Of a stretch of 64,000 nucleotides of DNA, positions 13,648 to 27,100 are shown one piece after another. The number at the start of each line of letters is the position of its first letter. Within the stretch, counting starts at the first letter, position 1. The stretch comes from Chrysomallon squamiferum (taxonomy: Eukaryota > Animalia > Mollusca). The position numbers were made by a program, and so were the translations under genes. Under the pieces are notes generated by a model. That model made no database searches, had not been told where the DNA came from, and saw nothing but the letters and a program-made list of their open reading frames with translations. The stretch covers positions 21,948,001 through 22,012,000 of the forward strand of contig CM022665.1 of the NCBI GenBank assembly GCA_012295275.1, in the 5' to 3' direction.

Positions 13648-16499
13648 GTGCGCTCTCAGAATATGTGAAAGATATGGCGCTAACTTAATAGAGAAGATTT
13701 CTCGTTTGAGAATAACCATAGTTTACACATACTAAGTGTCAGAATTATTGTAGCAAAATTCCTCTGAGAAATAGTATATCTATATATATAATTTTATTTT
13801 CACAACTTTATTACTGTTGAAACATACTGATCGAAACATGTATGTCAAATTTAAAACTCTAGCAAATTTGTCTCCGTTTGTTTGGTGAATATATAAATAT
13901 TACTGAAATCATTATTAATTATTAAAAATAATCTTTTCTGAATGTCTAAAGTGAATATTTATGGCGATGCACTGAAAGCTTATCAGTTGAGAGTAACTTA
14001 AAGTACAGCACTCTCTTCTATCCTCGATTAAACTTCATTAAGACCATGAGATTGCTTAAATATTTATTGATGTAGGAATACTAAGCTAAATTCTAATAAT
14101 TTCATTCTGTTAGATCGTGCTGACATTTTTATATGTGACAAATTACCGCAAGGTGTATGACAAATGTGATGTTATTGATTTTCAATGCCACAGTTATTTT
14201 GCTGTCTATTAGCTTCATTAAAACTTGTTCGTCTGTAAGATCACATTTAGAATTTTTGAGGCGTTTTTCAATTTTTACCTCCTGCCAATTTCTCATCTTG
14301 AAATATAGCTGCAAGTACCATCGATGTGCAAAATTCTTTAGTAACAAGAAACACATCGACATTTTTGTTTTCAAGCATTTTGATTTTTTTTTTTGCTCAG
14401 CAAGATTTTCTAACTGCAGCTACTGAAATCGAAGAAGGTGAATCTCAACATGAATCGAAATATTTGTACATTTTCTTTTTTTCTGATTATATAAACCATT
14501 ACGCAGGCGACGTATCTCAATTACTTCATGTGTAAAATCAGAAAAGAAATTCTGTTCATGTGGTAATATTTCGTCTTTGACCAAAATAATGAATATTACT
14601 GTTTGTGATTCACACTTATTAAAACACCAGGCATAACAAAAAAGGAAACCAAGAAGACAAAAACACTCCGACCGGAGACCAATGTGCTGGAAGCGAGCCA
14701 GGGCGAGTTACAGAGAAAAAAATAATTACATCTCGTCGACAGAGATTATTATTTCCGCTCAGGGCTATTCAGATAAATAATAGTCTGAAAATTCGAAATA
14801 TTTGATACACGAAATACTGACTGCACTCTGTGATACAAATCTATATAATATTGACTGCACTTTTTTCGGCGAATCTATGACCGACTAATATAATATTATA
14901 TTGATTGAACTGTTTGGGTGTCATACTTTTCTGACGAATTGCATATATCTGGTTTATAGAGACTGATCTACATGTAATAACACTAGAATGGGGCTTCAGT
15001 TATTATAAATATCATATGCCATTGTAAATGTTATACAGTGTCAAACATATGGTTAAGTATCAAGAAGATAATGCCAAGAGGAAATCCCAACCACCAGACG
15101 AGATTTTGCAAGGATTTAGCTCTGCAGTTGGACTTCAAGGTTTAAATCATGCTGATTTGAATAATTTTTAAAACAATACTCAGAAACCATTTTTTTTTTT
15201 TTTTTAATGAGCCAGAAAAAAATAAAGATTATTTAAATTTTTAATAAACCATTATCTTAGTCATTTCTTCTTCTTTTTTCTTCTTCTGAATATACCCTGA
15301 ATGTACTTATATTTTTAAAAGAATACATTACCCAAGTTTTAAATGTTAGAAGGCATGAATTGTGGCACATCTATTTGTCAGAAGAAAATGCAACTCACGG
15401 GAATTCCTCGTTCTTACTTTTTAATGGAGTTTTTGTTTTTTACCTAGTTTTGTCTATCACCTTGAAAGGACATTTGCTAATAACAAAGCCATCAAGACCT
15501 AATCCAGAAACAATTTTATAGACAGAGCCTTTTAAAATATTTATTTTACAAGTGTTAATCTCTTTATAATAGCTAATCAATATTTCAAGGATTTCAGGAA
15601 TTAACAAAAAAAAAAAATATTGTTCTCTAACTATATTAACTCTTTATGGATTCATTGCAATAACGTAAACAGAAAAAAGGAGAAGAGAGGTAAAATAGAA
15701 CATTTGTTTGGCTTAAAGATTCCAAATAGAAACAAAATTATCTAACACGTCGAAACCGAACATTTTTACAATAATAATAAACATTTTATGGTCACTCTTT
15801 TGTTTCATATTTATTTACTTTTTTATTATTATTATTTTGAGCGAGTTATTTTCTCTTTGTGACTAATAAAATATCTTAATGTCAGCACATGCATTTTTCA
15901 TGAAAAGCCCACGTCTTTAGCATTTCATTAATTGATTATTTTGGCTACAAGACTAATGCATTATGTTTCAACAGTCAATACTTCACATTAACAACTGCGA
16001 AAAGAGAAAAGAAAAAAATATTCGATGTCTTAACAAAACTGTTTTGTTACAAGAACACAAACTATTTTGTCATCAAAAATAAGTTTAGTATCGTGTGTTT
16101 AACACGAAGTGTGTTGCTTTGTAACAAGAATGTATTTTTTTAATTAATTTTTTTTGTTATCAAATAGTTTAAAAACCTGAACTTGTCCACAGTATCGCTA
16201 ATGTAAATGTAAACAGAATGTCTTCTGCAAAAACAATCAAATGAAATATGGCAACTGTTTCAGAATGTTGTATGATGCCAGAATAAAGAAAAACTAAATA
16301 AAGGCACTACCTATACGCACACATATATATTTTGTATCGGCGTTAAAATTATGGTTTAATGGATTTCTTTACCCGTATATTTTAATAATGGCTAATTAAT
16401 TAACAATTACTAATTAAGCCGGTAAACATTTCATTCACTGATTAGGACTGTAGGATATCATATACTACAGATGGTGTAAGTTATAAAATTATATACACG

Positions 16500-16536
<37 letters not shown>

Positions 16537-19040
16537 GTTCCTATGGACATAATATTTTATATTATTTATTTATTTATTTATTTTCATTTTCTTCTTCTTA
16601 TTATTATTTGCTATTAATTATTTACAGGAATAAATCAGGTAAACGGTTACGCGTGTATAACTCGCGAATATTTTTGGATTTTACATATCATAATGCAGAT
16701 TTAACTAATTTTAATAAATAAATTAAAATTTGTTTATACTAAGAAAACGATATGCATGCAGCTGCTTCTGAATGATTTATTTACTTATTTCAAAAATTAT
16801 TATTATTATTATTATTATGTTAACACAGTACTTCTTTTTCTTCTTCTTTTTTTGTTTTGTTTTTTAGAAACAAGAAAAAGATCGGACCCACGGTTAAGGA
16901 AGATAAATATGGAAAATCTTTAGAATGTTTGTGCAGCTTTACATCATGCACTAATTTAATTAGTATTATCTGATTTACTCTTGTTAAATTATATTACTAG
17001 AAAAAAATAAAACAAAAAACAACAACCGCGGACAATCTATTTTTCATAAACTTGCAGCTTCATCATCATCATCATTATTATTATTAAGCCGAAGTATACT
17101 GTTCACGGTTATAAAAACATACTATTTTAACTATTTGTGTAGCGTTATGTCACACGCTAATTAGTTTAACGGAATTGTGAACATAAACGTTAATATTTCG
17201 GGGCTTTTTTCAAGTCAGTATAAAATTTGTATTAACCTTATGCCGACAAAAATAAATGTAAAGAAGCCACGTCAATTTTAAGAAGCACGGGTACGGATTC
17301 TCTGTACCTTTCGTAAGTAAACATTTTTAATTTCTTTTGGAATATTTGAACCATCCATCCAAATTTGGCAGTACAGACAACCCATAATTATTTATCGCCG
17401 TTCACCAAGACTCAAGTCCTTGAATGCAGAAACAGTGAGTCAGTCACCTGTCGAGTGATGATACACAACCCCACTTGAAGAGCGGATACTACGGAATTTA
17501 CATTCGAAAAAATATGTTCTGGGGGATTGTTCATCAAAGGCACGGAACATAAATCAATAACTAAACTAAATTAAATAAACTAAATTTATAAATACAAATT
17601 AGTAGATATCATCTATAATTTAAATTAATATTTTATAATGTGAAATCTATATAATACCAATAAACAGGTACATAAAACTAATTTAAACATACATTACTGT
17701 GCATTTTTTAATTGAATCTAAAATATGCGGGTGGTTTTATGGGAGTAATTTTATACCACTTAATTTTATAACACTTGAGATATATCTATAATTCTATAAT
17801 TACTATTTACATTATTATTATAAATTCGTTATCTTCATTATTATTAAATTTGAAAAAAAGAAGAAAAAATGAGTACTGTAAATTATTTTTTTCAGTAGAA
17901 TTTACATAAGAAATAATAAGCACAATGCATCTTGTCATCTGCAGACATTAAATAAACGTAAAAGGGTTCTCAAATTTTGTATTTACAAAAATAAACTAAG
18001 TCATTTTATGTCACATTGCCTTCTATTATAGTTTACAGCAGCCAGTCCATTAACGTTTCCGTATGGTTAAATTACAGCATAACGTGATGTAAACACTTTA
18101 TGACCATAAAAAGAGACTCTTTAGTTTATTATCGTTGTTTGTTCATCAGACAGCCATCAAGCTAAATAAGGAAAATACAAAAACAACAGCAACTTACCCC
18201 CCCTCCCAAACCCCCCAAAAATAAAATCCAACAAAAACAACAACTTAACTGATCAATAAAAATAAAATCTGTAGACAAGAAATAAAAACTGAGAATGACG
18301 ATATTTATAATTATTATTATTATTATTATTTAAATAATTTATCTTATGCAGGCCGTAATAATCATCAAAAACAAAAAATAGCAATCAAAGAACAAAAAGC
18401 AAACAAACAAAATTAAATTGTAATTTAATGATTATTAATCAGAATAATTATGTTCTCAAACATCTATATTTTATAGTCGTTTGGAAGCTGACATCATTAT
18501 CCATTATCAAATATCACAGGTTCGTGGGCTCGAATACAATTAAAAACGTACATTGATTTAGCGCGTTTCACAGTTTCTGACAAACATCTAATACAAAGTA
18601 AGTCATAAAAAACTAAACATTTTCTGTGTGCGTGTTAAACTGAATACTATCATCAACTTAAATAGCATCCAAAGGTTCATTTGTGAGAAAGACAGCAAAC
18701 AAATATTTTGTAAAAAGTAGAGAGCTCAAGTAGAAATCACCTTTATTTCTAAGACTCGTTTAATGTACAAAATTTTAAATGACAGTGGAATCCTTCTAAC
18801 AAAAGAAAACAAAATATGGGGAAACAGAATTCTGTATTTGAACTACTTGTTTTAGAAATAAATCTACAAGTAGGATAAAAAATCTTAACTGAGAAAAAAA
18901 TACAGATTATATGGAAAAGTACAAGTCAAGACAGATGACTTTCCCGACTGAATATTCTAAATTATTCTATTTAGAGTTCTGCAGCTCCACTGACGCGGTT
19001 TAATTCTTCATGTCCACTAATTGGAAGAAATTAATAGAGA

Positions 19041-19084
<44 letters not shown>

Positions 19085-21089
19085 AAAAAAAGATTGTTTT
19101 AATATTTAGGCTAAATTATAATAAAATTTCTAGCATCTCAAGTAAGCAGTCATGTAGCAGAATTTAAACAAACGATTTTCCACTCGATTTTTATAGTAAT
19201 ATAAATTAAATGAAGGCAAATTTTATTTCTTCAGGCAAGATGGTGACCTTTAGAAGAATTAAGCAATGATGTGGAATGTATTATCGTTATAATTTAAATA
19301 ATTTGACAGTGGATAATAAAGACAATGCAATATTCGTGATATTAATACAGATTTTAAATTCTTTAATTATCGTTTGATATTTTAATGTAAACATCACAGA
19401 CCATCCACCATTCATCAAACCAAAAAAATAATGTGATTATCTCCGCGGGTCAAAGACTTTTGAATTTTTCAGTCCAATTATTATTGTTTTCCATCATCCA
19501 GTTTCAAATATAAGGAGATCGTTCTAGAAGAGAGATACAGCTTTCCCCACATTAATGTTTGAAGCTGTAACAAGCAATAAAAACAAATAACTCCCCCAAA
19601 ACTGCAATATTAACGTGTGCACCATAATCTGAATGTTATATTAATTTAAATAATATATAAAGTTACATTTCTAAGAAAGATAACATAAAAATTCTTTTGA
19701 CAAAAAAAAACCCCCCCCACACACACACACAAAACAACAACCCCCCCACACACACACAACTGATAAATAAAAATAATTTTCTTCAGTAACAAAATTTGAA
19801 CAAAATCATTCGAACAGAAACGCTGAGAGGCAATTTTCCGAACTCAGATAACAAGCTATTTAAAACTGAATTTAAACCAGTAGTATTGTATATTATCTGT
19901 TTCAAAGAAAATCACTTTTTTAACATACAAGGAAAAAATATTTTATTACAACGAAACTTCGATCGGGTGTTTCGGATTTTCAGAAATCTTTTATGCTATT
20001 ATTTTATTTAATCACGAGAACAAATGCTCAGCAACTGAACTTTCAAAATATATTTCGGAAATCTGGAAATCTGTGTTTCAGAACGTTTTGATTTAAAAAT
20101 GTTTCTCTTGGTGGACCTTTTTATTTTCTTGCTTTCTTTCTTTTTTTTTTTCCTTTTTTTACATTTATACGTTGCTTATCATTACTCTTTTGAAATCAAG
20201 TTTCGAGAACAGCCTTCTTTAATTATTCAGTTATTTCTTTTCTTCAGATGTGTTAGAAAATATTTCTTTTCTTTATCCTTCTTCGCAATTAATTTTATTT
20301 ATTTATATATTATTTTTACTAATTATACATGTCTTTGTTTATAAAGGAATACCATGGCCAGGACAGCGCGCAGATCATATTAAATATAAATAGCTATGAT
20401 TATCATACGTAGAAACGCAAGTGGACTTTTTTTTAAATTCCGTATATCCTTCTTAGTTTTAGTTTTAACAGGATTCTTGGAAGGTTTATTAAGGTGAAAA
20501 AAAAAAAAGAAAAAAAAGTGTACGGCGTCAAGTCTTTTGTTAATATGTCCGCTAATGTGGATTTTCCTCCCTTAAAACAATAAAAAGCGAATAATGAACG
20601 CCAAATGAAAACAGTTTTATACACCAATTTTTATTTTGTAATTTTATAAATGATTTATTAAATTACTTCAGATGATTTCACTCTATCAAAGGCTTTACTC
20701 TGTCTTATGGTATTAGCAGTATCAATTTAATTTATTTTTTGGATTAGATTCAGTCACACAATCTCTGTAAATTACAGTTCAGTGACATATTCTTAAGAAA
20801 TTAATCAATTTAATAACATAAAAAAGGAATGTGTTTCGTTACCACAGCAACAAAACTCGATGCAGTGTCAGCAAAGACAAAACCACTTTTTCTGTCATCA
20901 CCCGCATTCTAATATATATATTTTTTTTATGCAAATGTGCGTGCGCATTATTTTTAGAGGCTTCGAACCAAGTTTAATTTTTTATTCAATAATGTGAAAT
21001 TTTTATTGATTTATTTTTTAAAATTTAGTCAAAATATACATTTATCAGAATAATAATAATAAAAAATGTATTTATTTATTTTATTATTG

Positions 21090-21120
<31 letters not shown>

Positions 21121-21453
21121 CACCGATTCACACAAAATATGTGATCATGCCGGATTAATACATTAATAATTTACGTTTCGTTTTCTTGATGTCTTTCTTC
21201 TCTACTAATATCGACAAAACACAGAACGTGACAAAACGGCATTTCTTTCATTTCAGTTTTTCAATACCTATCGGAATTAGATAAATTAATGAAGAACGAA
21301 CAAGGTTATTACAAATCCATGGGTTAAGTATTCGAAAGGCGTTGTGGTGTTTGTGTTTTCCCCTTTCAGTTATTATTTTCTTTCAAGATTGAGAATTAAA
21401 GATAATGTTTTAAGCATCAACGTAGTTTTGCAACAGTTAAATCACATACTAAC

Positions 21454-21630
21454 CTTCTGTATGGTAAAATGACGACTCTGGTCCAGAATGGTAAACCGTA
21501 TGGCTAGACGTTGGTTCCTGGAATATCAGACGGCGTCTGTTGACGATTTCTCTGACACAAGCTGATCTCAAAATCGATACTGCACCCACTTTATCGTCTG
21601 CCCACGGAAACTGAACACGCATGCGCCTGT
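21454..21630 (-). other. Candidate first (5' UTR) exon / promoter, possibly of the prohormone gene
   Basis: Locally GC/CpG-richer island, strong minus-strand donor GAAG|GTTAGT at 21453, and NRF1-like ACGCATGCGC at ~21617-21626. The prohormone ATG exon has an acceptor at 4177 and so needs an upstream exon. Confidence 0.35.
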
Positions 21631-22369
21631 AATCTATCAAAGCAGTGCGCCGAAAGGATCCATTTAGAAAACTTTGTTAATTAGTTGTTTGGTTTCCACA
21701 CCCTGGTTAGATTAGATGTATTTATCTTTCTGTCTGTCTTCACATCTATATGCCTGTATGTCTCTATTTTAGTCTAAAAGAATCATATTTACTGGTTTAA
21801 TTTTATTGTCCATATAAATCAGAAAAATTATAGCTAGTTATGAAGAGCAGCCTTTTACAGCAAAACATTGTTCTAACGAAAGTTTATATAATATAACATT
21901 TATTATATTGGTATACAGATGCTCTATACTTTTATTAATGCTTAAAAAACAATGAAACACATATAATTTACTTTATTAATATTAAATTATAAATAAACAA
22001 ATGTTATTTCTTTTTAAAGATAAAAATTATTATCAATATGGACATCTGATGATCTATATGCTGGTTACAACATTATATGCCAACTTGATTTGGTCAAAGT
22101 TTAGTCTTTGGGGTAATAAATAAAATGAAAACGAACGGTTAATTGCGACTGTCAGGGATTCAGTATAATATTGCTATAGTTATCTTGTATGTTAAGCCTA
22201 AAATAAGGTAGCCGTATTCAAAGCACACGATGCGGAGGATAACTTCCGACAACAGGTCATCTCGTCACTACTGAGCTGTCAAGTCACTATAGCAGTGGTT
22301 TGTTTCGAACAATATTCACTTTGTTTTTTATTTTAATTTAGATTATTTGAGCTGTAGATAATACAAACA

Positions 22370-22400
<31 letters not shown>

Positions 22401-24128
22401 TGTGGAGGTTTTTAATGTATGTGTGCCTTTGGAGAAATTAGGTAAAAAAAATAAAGTAAAATAAATGTTTTAAAGCTAAATGTAACAATTAGTTAATTAT
22501 ATATATATAAACAAGATGATTAACAGGTATTACTATAAAATAAATGAATCTGGAAATGTTTATGACTTAGTGGGGATTTTTCTCTCAAATCGAAATGGAC
22601 AAGAAGCAAACTTCATTTATGAACGTATAAACACAAAAGAAGAACCTTGAACCTTCTTGGAAATAAAGGAATAAAGATATAAAAATCACCAGAAAGCATA
22701 AACGCAATAGCATGAAGGTATAGTTTACCCTTTTAGCATAATTAAATCCATTAATTTGAATGAAATAAACACGACTAGTACAAAGGTGGTCGATAATAAT
22801 TAATAATCATCTCTGTATTTATCTGGACATACAGTATAGAAAGGTTCTTTGGGTGTCGCTTTGCCGAGTAACTAAGTACAAGTATGGCTTTCGTCCGAAA
22901 AAATCCATCAGATCAAGCAAACAACAATAATCTTCGATGTGCGTATGTCTGTAAATTATAGTGTTGTAACGTGGATGTTAACAAAATGTTAATGACACCG
23001 AATACCAATAGCGAGAAAATAAAAAATTTAAACATAACATAAAGTAATGTTTTTGAATCGTTATATATGTGGTTTTTTTTTTTGGTTTTTTTTCCGGTTG
23101 TGAATTTATATCTATTTGTTTACTCTGCATACTTGAAAACGTATATCAAACACATTGGCATTAATTCCTTTATATACATATTTTACTTGATAACGCAAGT
23201 TACTGAAAAAGAAGTTTATTAACATTACTATAATGTCATGTTAGTGAAAAAGGAAAACTGACGACATATTTATTTTATGACTGTCCGTCGCATTATTAAT
23301 ATATTACTAGTATTTTTTCAGATTTCGGTTTTGTCAAAAATTAACACAAAAACTGAAGCTATTTAATCCAACGATATTACAAAATCGTGCATAAACATCA
23401 GTATTTCATATCCTATAATAAATATGATAAAATATTAATTAACAGTCTTAACAGAAATGAACACGTATAATTTCGGACACGCAGAGATATCGTATTATCA
23501 CCGTATGTCATTCAACACGTATTACGTAATGTGTAATAATGAGTATTACTTCTGATGACAGATGTTAGCTAATCCATCTTTTGTATTTGGTTTGTTTTAA
23601 TCCAGTTAGTCATTCAAGCGATACAAAAAAAATAATGTTAAAATTTATATCATTTAACATCCATCCTTATGATAAAAAGTTGGTTTTATAATAATAATAA
23701 TAAACAAACAAACAAACATAAATAAATGCAACATTATTTTATATCAACAAAACAGCTCATTATATTTACCAGATTATACGTTATTATTTTTTGTTCTCAT
23801 GTTTTCAACAAAATACTTTAATGGTATGAGAGAGAGAGAGAGAGAGAGAGAGAATTTTGAAAGAAATGACACATTGAGCGTGTTCTGCTGCATTGAAGGA
23901 CATTTAATTACTGTTAAAAAACTAAATCAAAATCGTTTGTGAACATGCCATGATTATCTATTAATATTGTGAATATTAAAAGCTAACCTATCTCTGTTAT
24001 ATAAATTACTGTACCAAAATATAACAAATTAATATGAATAATTATAAATTAACAGTACATTAACAGTACATGTAATAATAAACTTTATTTATTTGTAATA
24101 TCTTTTTTTTTGTCCATCCACAAATTTA

Positions 24129-27100
24129 TTACATTTTTAAAACAACTTTTCCAAGTCTAATGTTTTCTAAACTTTGCAAGGTTTCCAAAACTTCATCAGA
24201 TGTAACTGTCTTTGCTATTTTGCATCTGAAAATAATAAATATAATAATAATAATATAATAATAATTGTAGTAAGGTGTAATAAAACAACAAAAATATAAT
24301 AATAATGTTATTTACAGTCTGTGCTAATCAAAAACAAAATTACACTATTATATTTTTATAAGGTTATGTTTATACTTAATTAAAAATATATGTGTGTGTT
24401 TGAAAGAATATTAAAAAAATGTTATTAATAAAACTCACTTTATTAAACCTTTCTCTAATTTTTCCATGGAATCGTGTAAAATATCTCAAATTTGTTAAGA
24501 AAATTTGCTTAAATAAATAAAAGTAACATGTTCTTTTATCAGTTTTATATTAATGGCATCCATTAACAAGTGCAATCCCTTTTAAATTTGAGAAAGCACA
24601 TGAAATTGTATAACACATGCATATACACACTACATCATATGACACAACACTAAATAGATTTCCAACCATCTTCCTAAATTAAAAAGGATTAATAAAATTT
24701 TTGCAATAACTAGACCTCACATACTGTTTTTGTTCATCAAGGTGTCCATTTTCATATCAATATAATAAAAAATATACTGGAATTGATTTTGTTACGTATA
24801 TGTTTTTGCATCCATCCATAAATTCATTTATCCACCCAACTATCCAACAAGCCAACCTTCTGTCCACCTATCCAACCATCCAAATTTTTCCATTCAAATG
24901 TCAATTGACACACAGACTAGTATTTTTATTTGTATCACCACCCATTCTCCCACCTCTTCAACAAAATGATTAAAAAGGATACGCTGGTATCGTCCCTGCT
25001 GGGCAGACATCAACACCCAGGCTTGATGAAAAAGAAAACTGACACTTGCTCCTCTTAGAAACAGCTGCTGAGCATCTGGAGGGTCGAGCTAAAAACACAT
25101 CAAATTATCTATAATTACATTGTACTTATTTCAGTTTGTCTGGGATACTACAGTGTCTGACAATACCACTCAAGCCGTTTAAGCCCTAATGATGTCTCAA
25201 TGTCTTTTATTCTTACAGTAAACATTTTCTTTAGAATATCAAAGCATTTCAGGAATCAAAGTTATAATAAAATATATTTTTATGCATATACCATATGATA
25301 AACTGAACTCTACATGGCAATAAACAGTTTTAAAGGAACCGTCATAAATGAAATTTATTGCAGTTTATTTTTTCAGATGCTTTTAGCAAATTATAAAATG
25401 GAATTACAAAATATAAATAACTGAACATTTTTGTAAAAAAAAGGTTATTTTAGATTTGAGTTAACTTTTGTCATTAGAATTAATTTCATGAATCATTAAT
25501 TTGTATTAATGTGTGAAAAACAGATACTGATTATTACAGGATTATTCATTCCAAACTGTCTGGGCTGGTTTAGTCATATTAAACAATATTAAATATGTTA
25601 CTGTTTAATATAAACAAATACATTGGTTTATTTAATTAATAAAACAGTAAAAAACAAAAGAGATTTTATTAACAATGTATTTTATTAACATTGCTTTGAG
25701 CAGCTGTGTCGATAGTCATTTAGGATTCTTCATCAGTATACATAGATGAACTGGCTATTACAAATTATTTTTTATAGCTATTCAAACTGTTCTAATAAAA
25801 TTTATTATGAATAAGTTGTTTTACTTACACACTGTCAAAATTAGGTGGTCATGAAAGTATTTGTTTGCTGTTCTTGTCCTCTTTATTATTAACAATTATT
25901 TGATAAATAATACAGTCTTCTAACAGCATTTCTCTCTTGCATGACTCTGTATGTATATAACAAAACATATAAATTAAATATGTAAGACTGATAAATGTTT
26001 ATTACCTGAAGATTTGGTTGTGATGTAACCCATTTTCCACCAAATCCTAAACATGAAATTACATCATTCTTGTGTGGCTGAGGATAGATGGATGGTTCAT
26101 CTTGTAGAGCAATATCTTCTTCATTAGTAAACATCCGAACTGTCAAAGTACAATACACTGATTCATCAACAACAACAACAAAACAAAATTTTAATTTTTT
26201 ATTTGTAATGTTATTCTGTTGTGATTCATAACAGGTGATTTATAGGCGGCAATTTTAAAAGTACAAAAACAAAATCAACACCATTTTTACCTCCATTATC
26301 AACAACACAGTCAACTCCTGTACCACCAGTTTCCTCCATAACACTGCTCACCAAAATATTGTTTTTCTTATTCAGTTCAATCATCTGGGCTGTAACAGAT
26401 TTATAAATAAAACTAAATACTACCGCATCCGTGATACCCAACTACAAAAATGGGATGCATTTGATCAAAGAAAATATGTTTCATTTATTTAAAAAAAAAT
26501 TAAAAAGTTACCAAAGACTGCTTTTAAAAAAGTTATTATAAAAACTTTATTAAAAAGTATTTATTTATTTAATTATTTTTGCATATGACAGATAACAGTT
26601 GTATCAAGATTTCAAACAGTCTCTAAACATAACATATTTATTCAAGTTCTGAAATGATAACAAAATAATGGTATACCACTGGTGATTATGAAAGAAGTGA
26701 AGCCGTATAATAAAAATTTCAAGCCATAAATTGTGAAAAATATTAATAATAAAGGTGTAATATTACCAACTGAATGCTGCAAGGATTCTAAGTGTTGTCT
26801 TTCTGCCTGACTGCTGAAGGTAGACATAACCTGAAGACAAACAGTTAATCTGGGAGAATCTGGATTAACACAGTATTATTATACTTATTCTGTACCTGCA
26901 GCCTCTGTGAATTTTTACACTTATTAGTAACTTTTAACTCATACAATGTCTTTATTCTTTAAATAAATGTATACTTGTATTTCCTTGTTATTTAAAAGGA
27001 AAAATTATACTTTTCTTTACATTTCTATATTTTTAAGGTCTGAATTAAACTTAAATTAATAAACTTGAATGTTACCTTAGCTCCCCACAGCTGTGCTAGT

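Noticed and set aside
14401-14437. Plus-strand exon-like piece QDFLTAATEIEE
   Set aside because: Weak donor and no partner exons found.
23513-23535. TTACGTAA palindrome (PAR-bZIP/NFIL3-like)
   Set aside because: A single 8-mer in AT-rich DNA with no promoter context.
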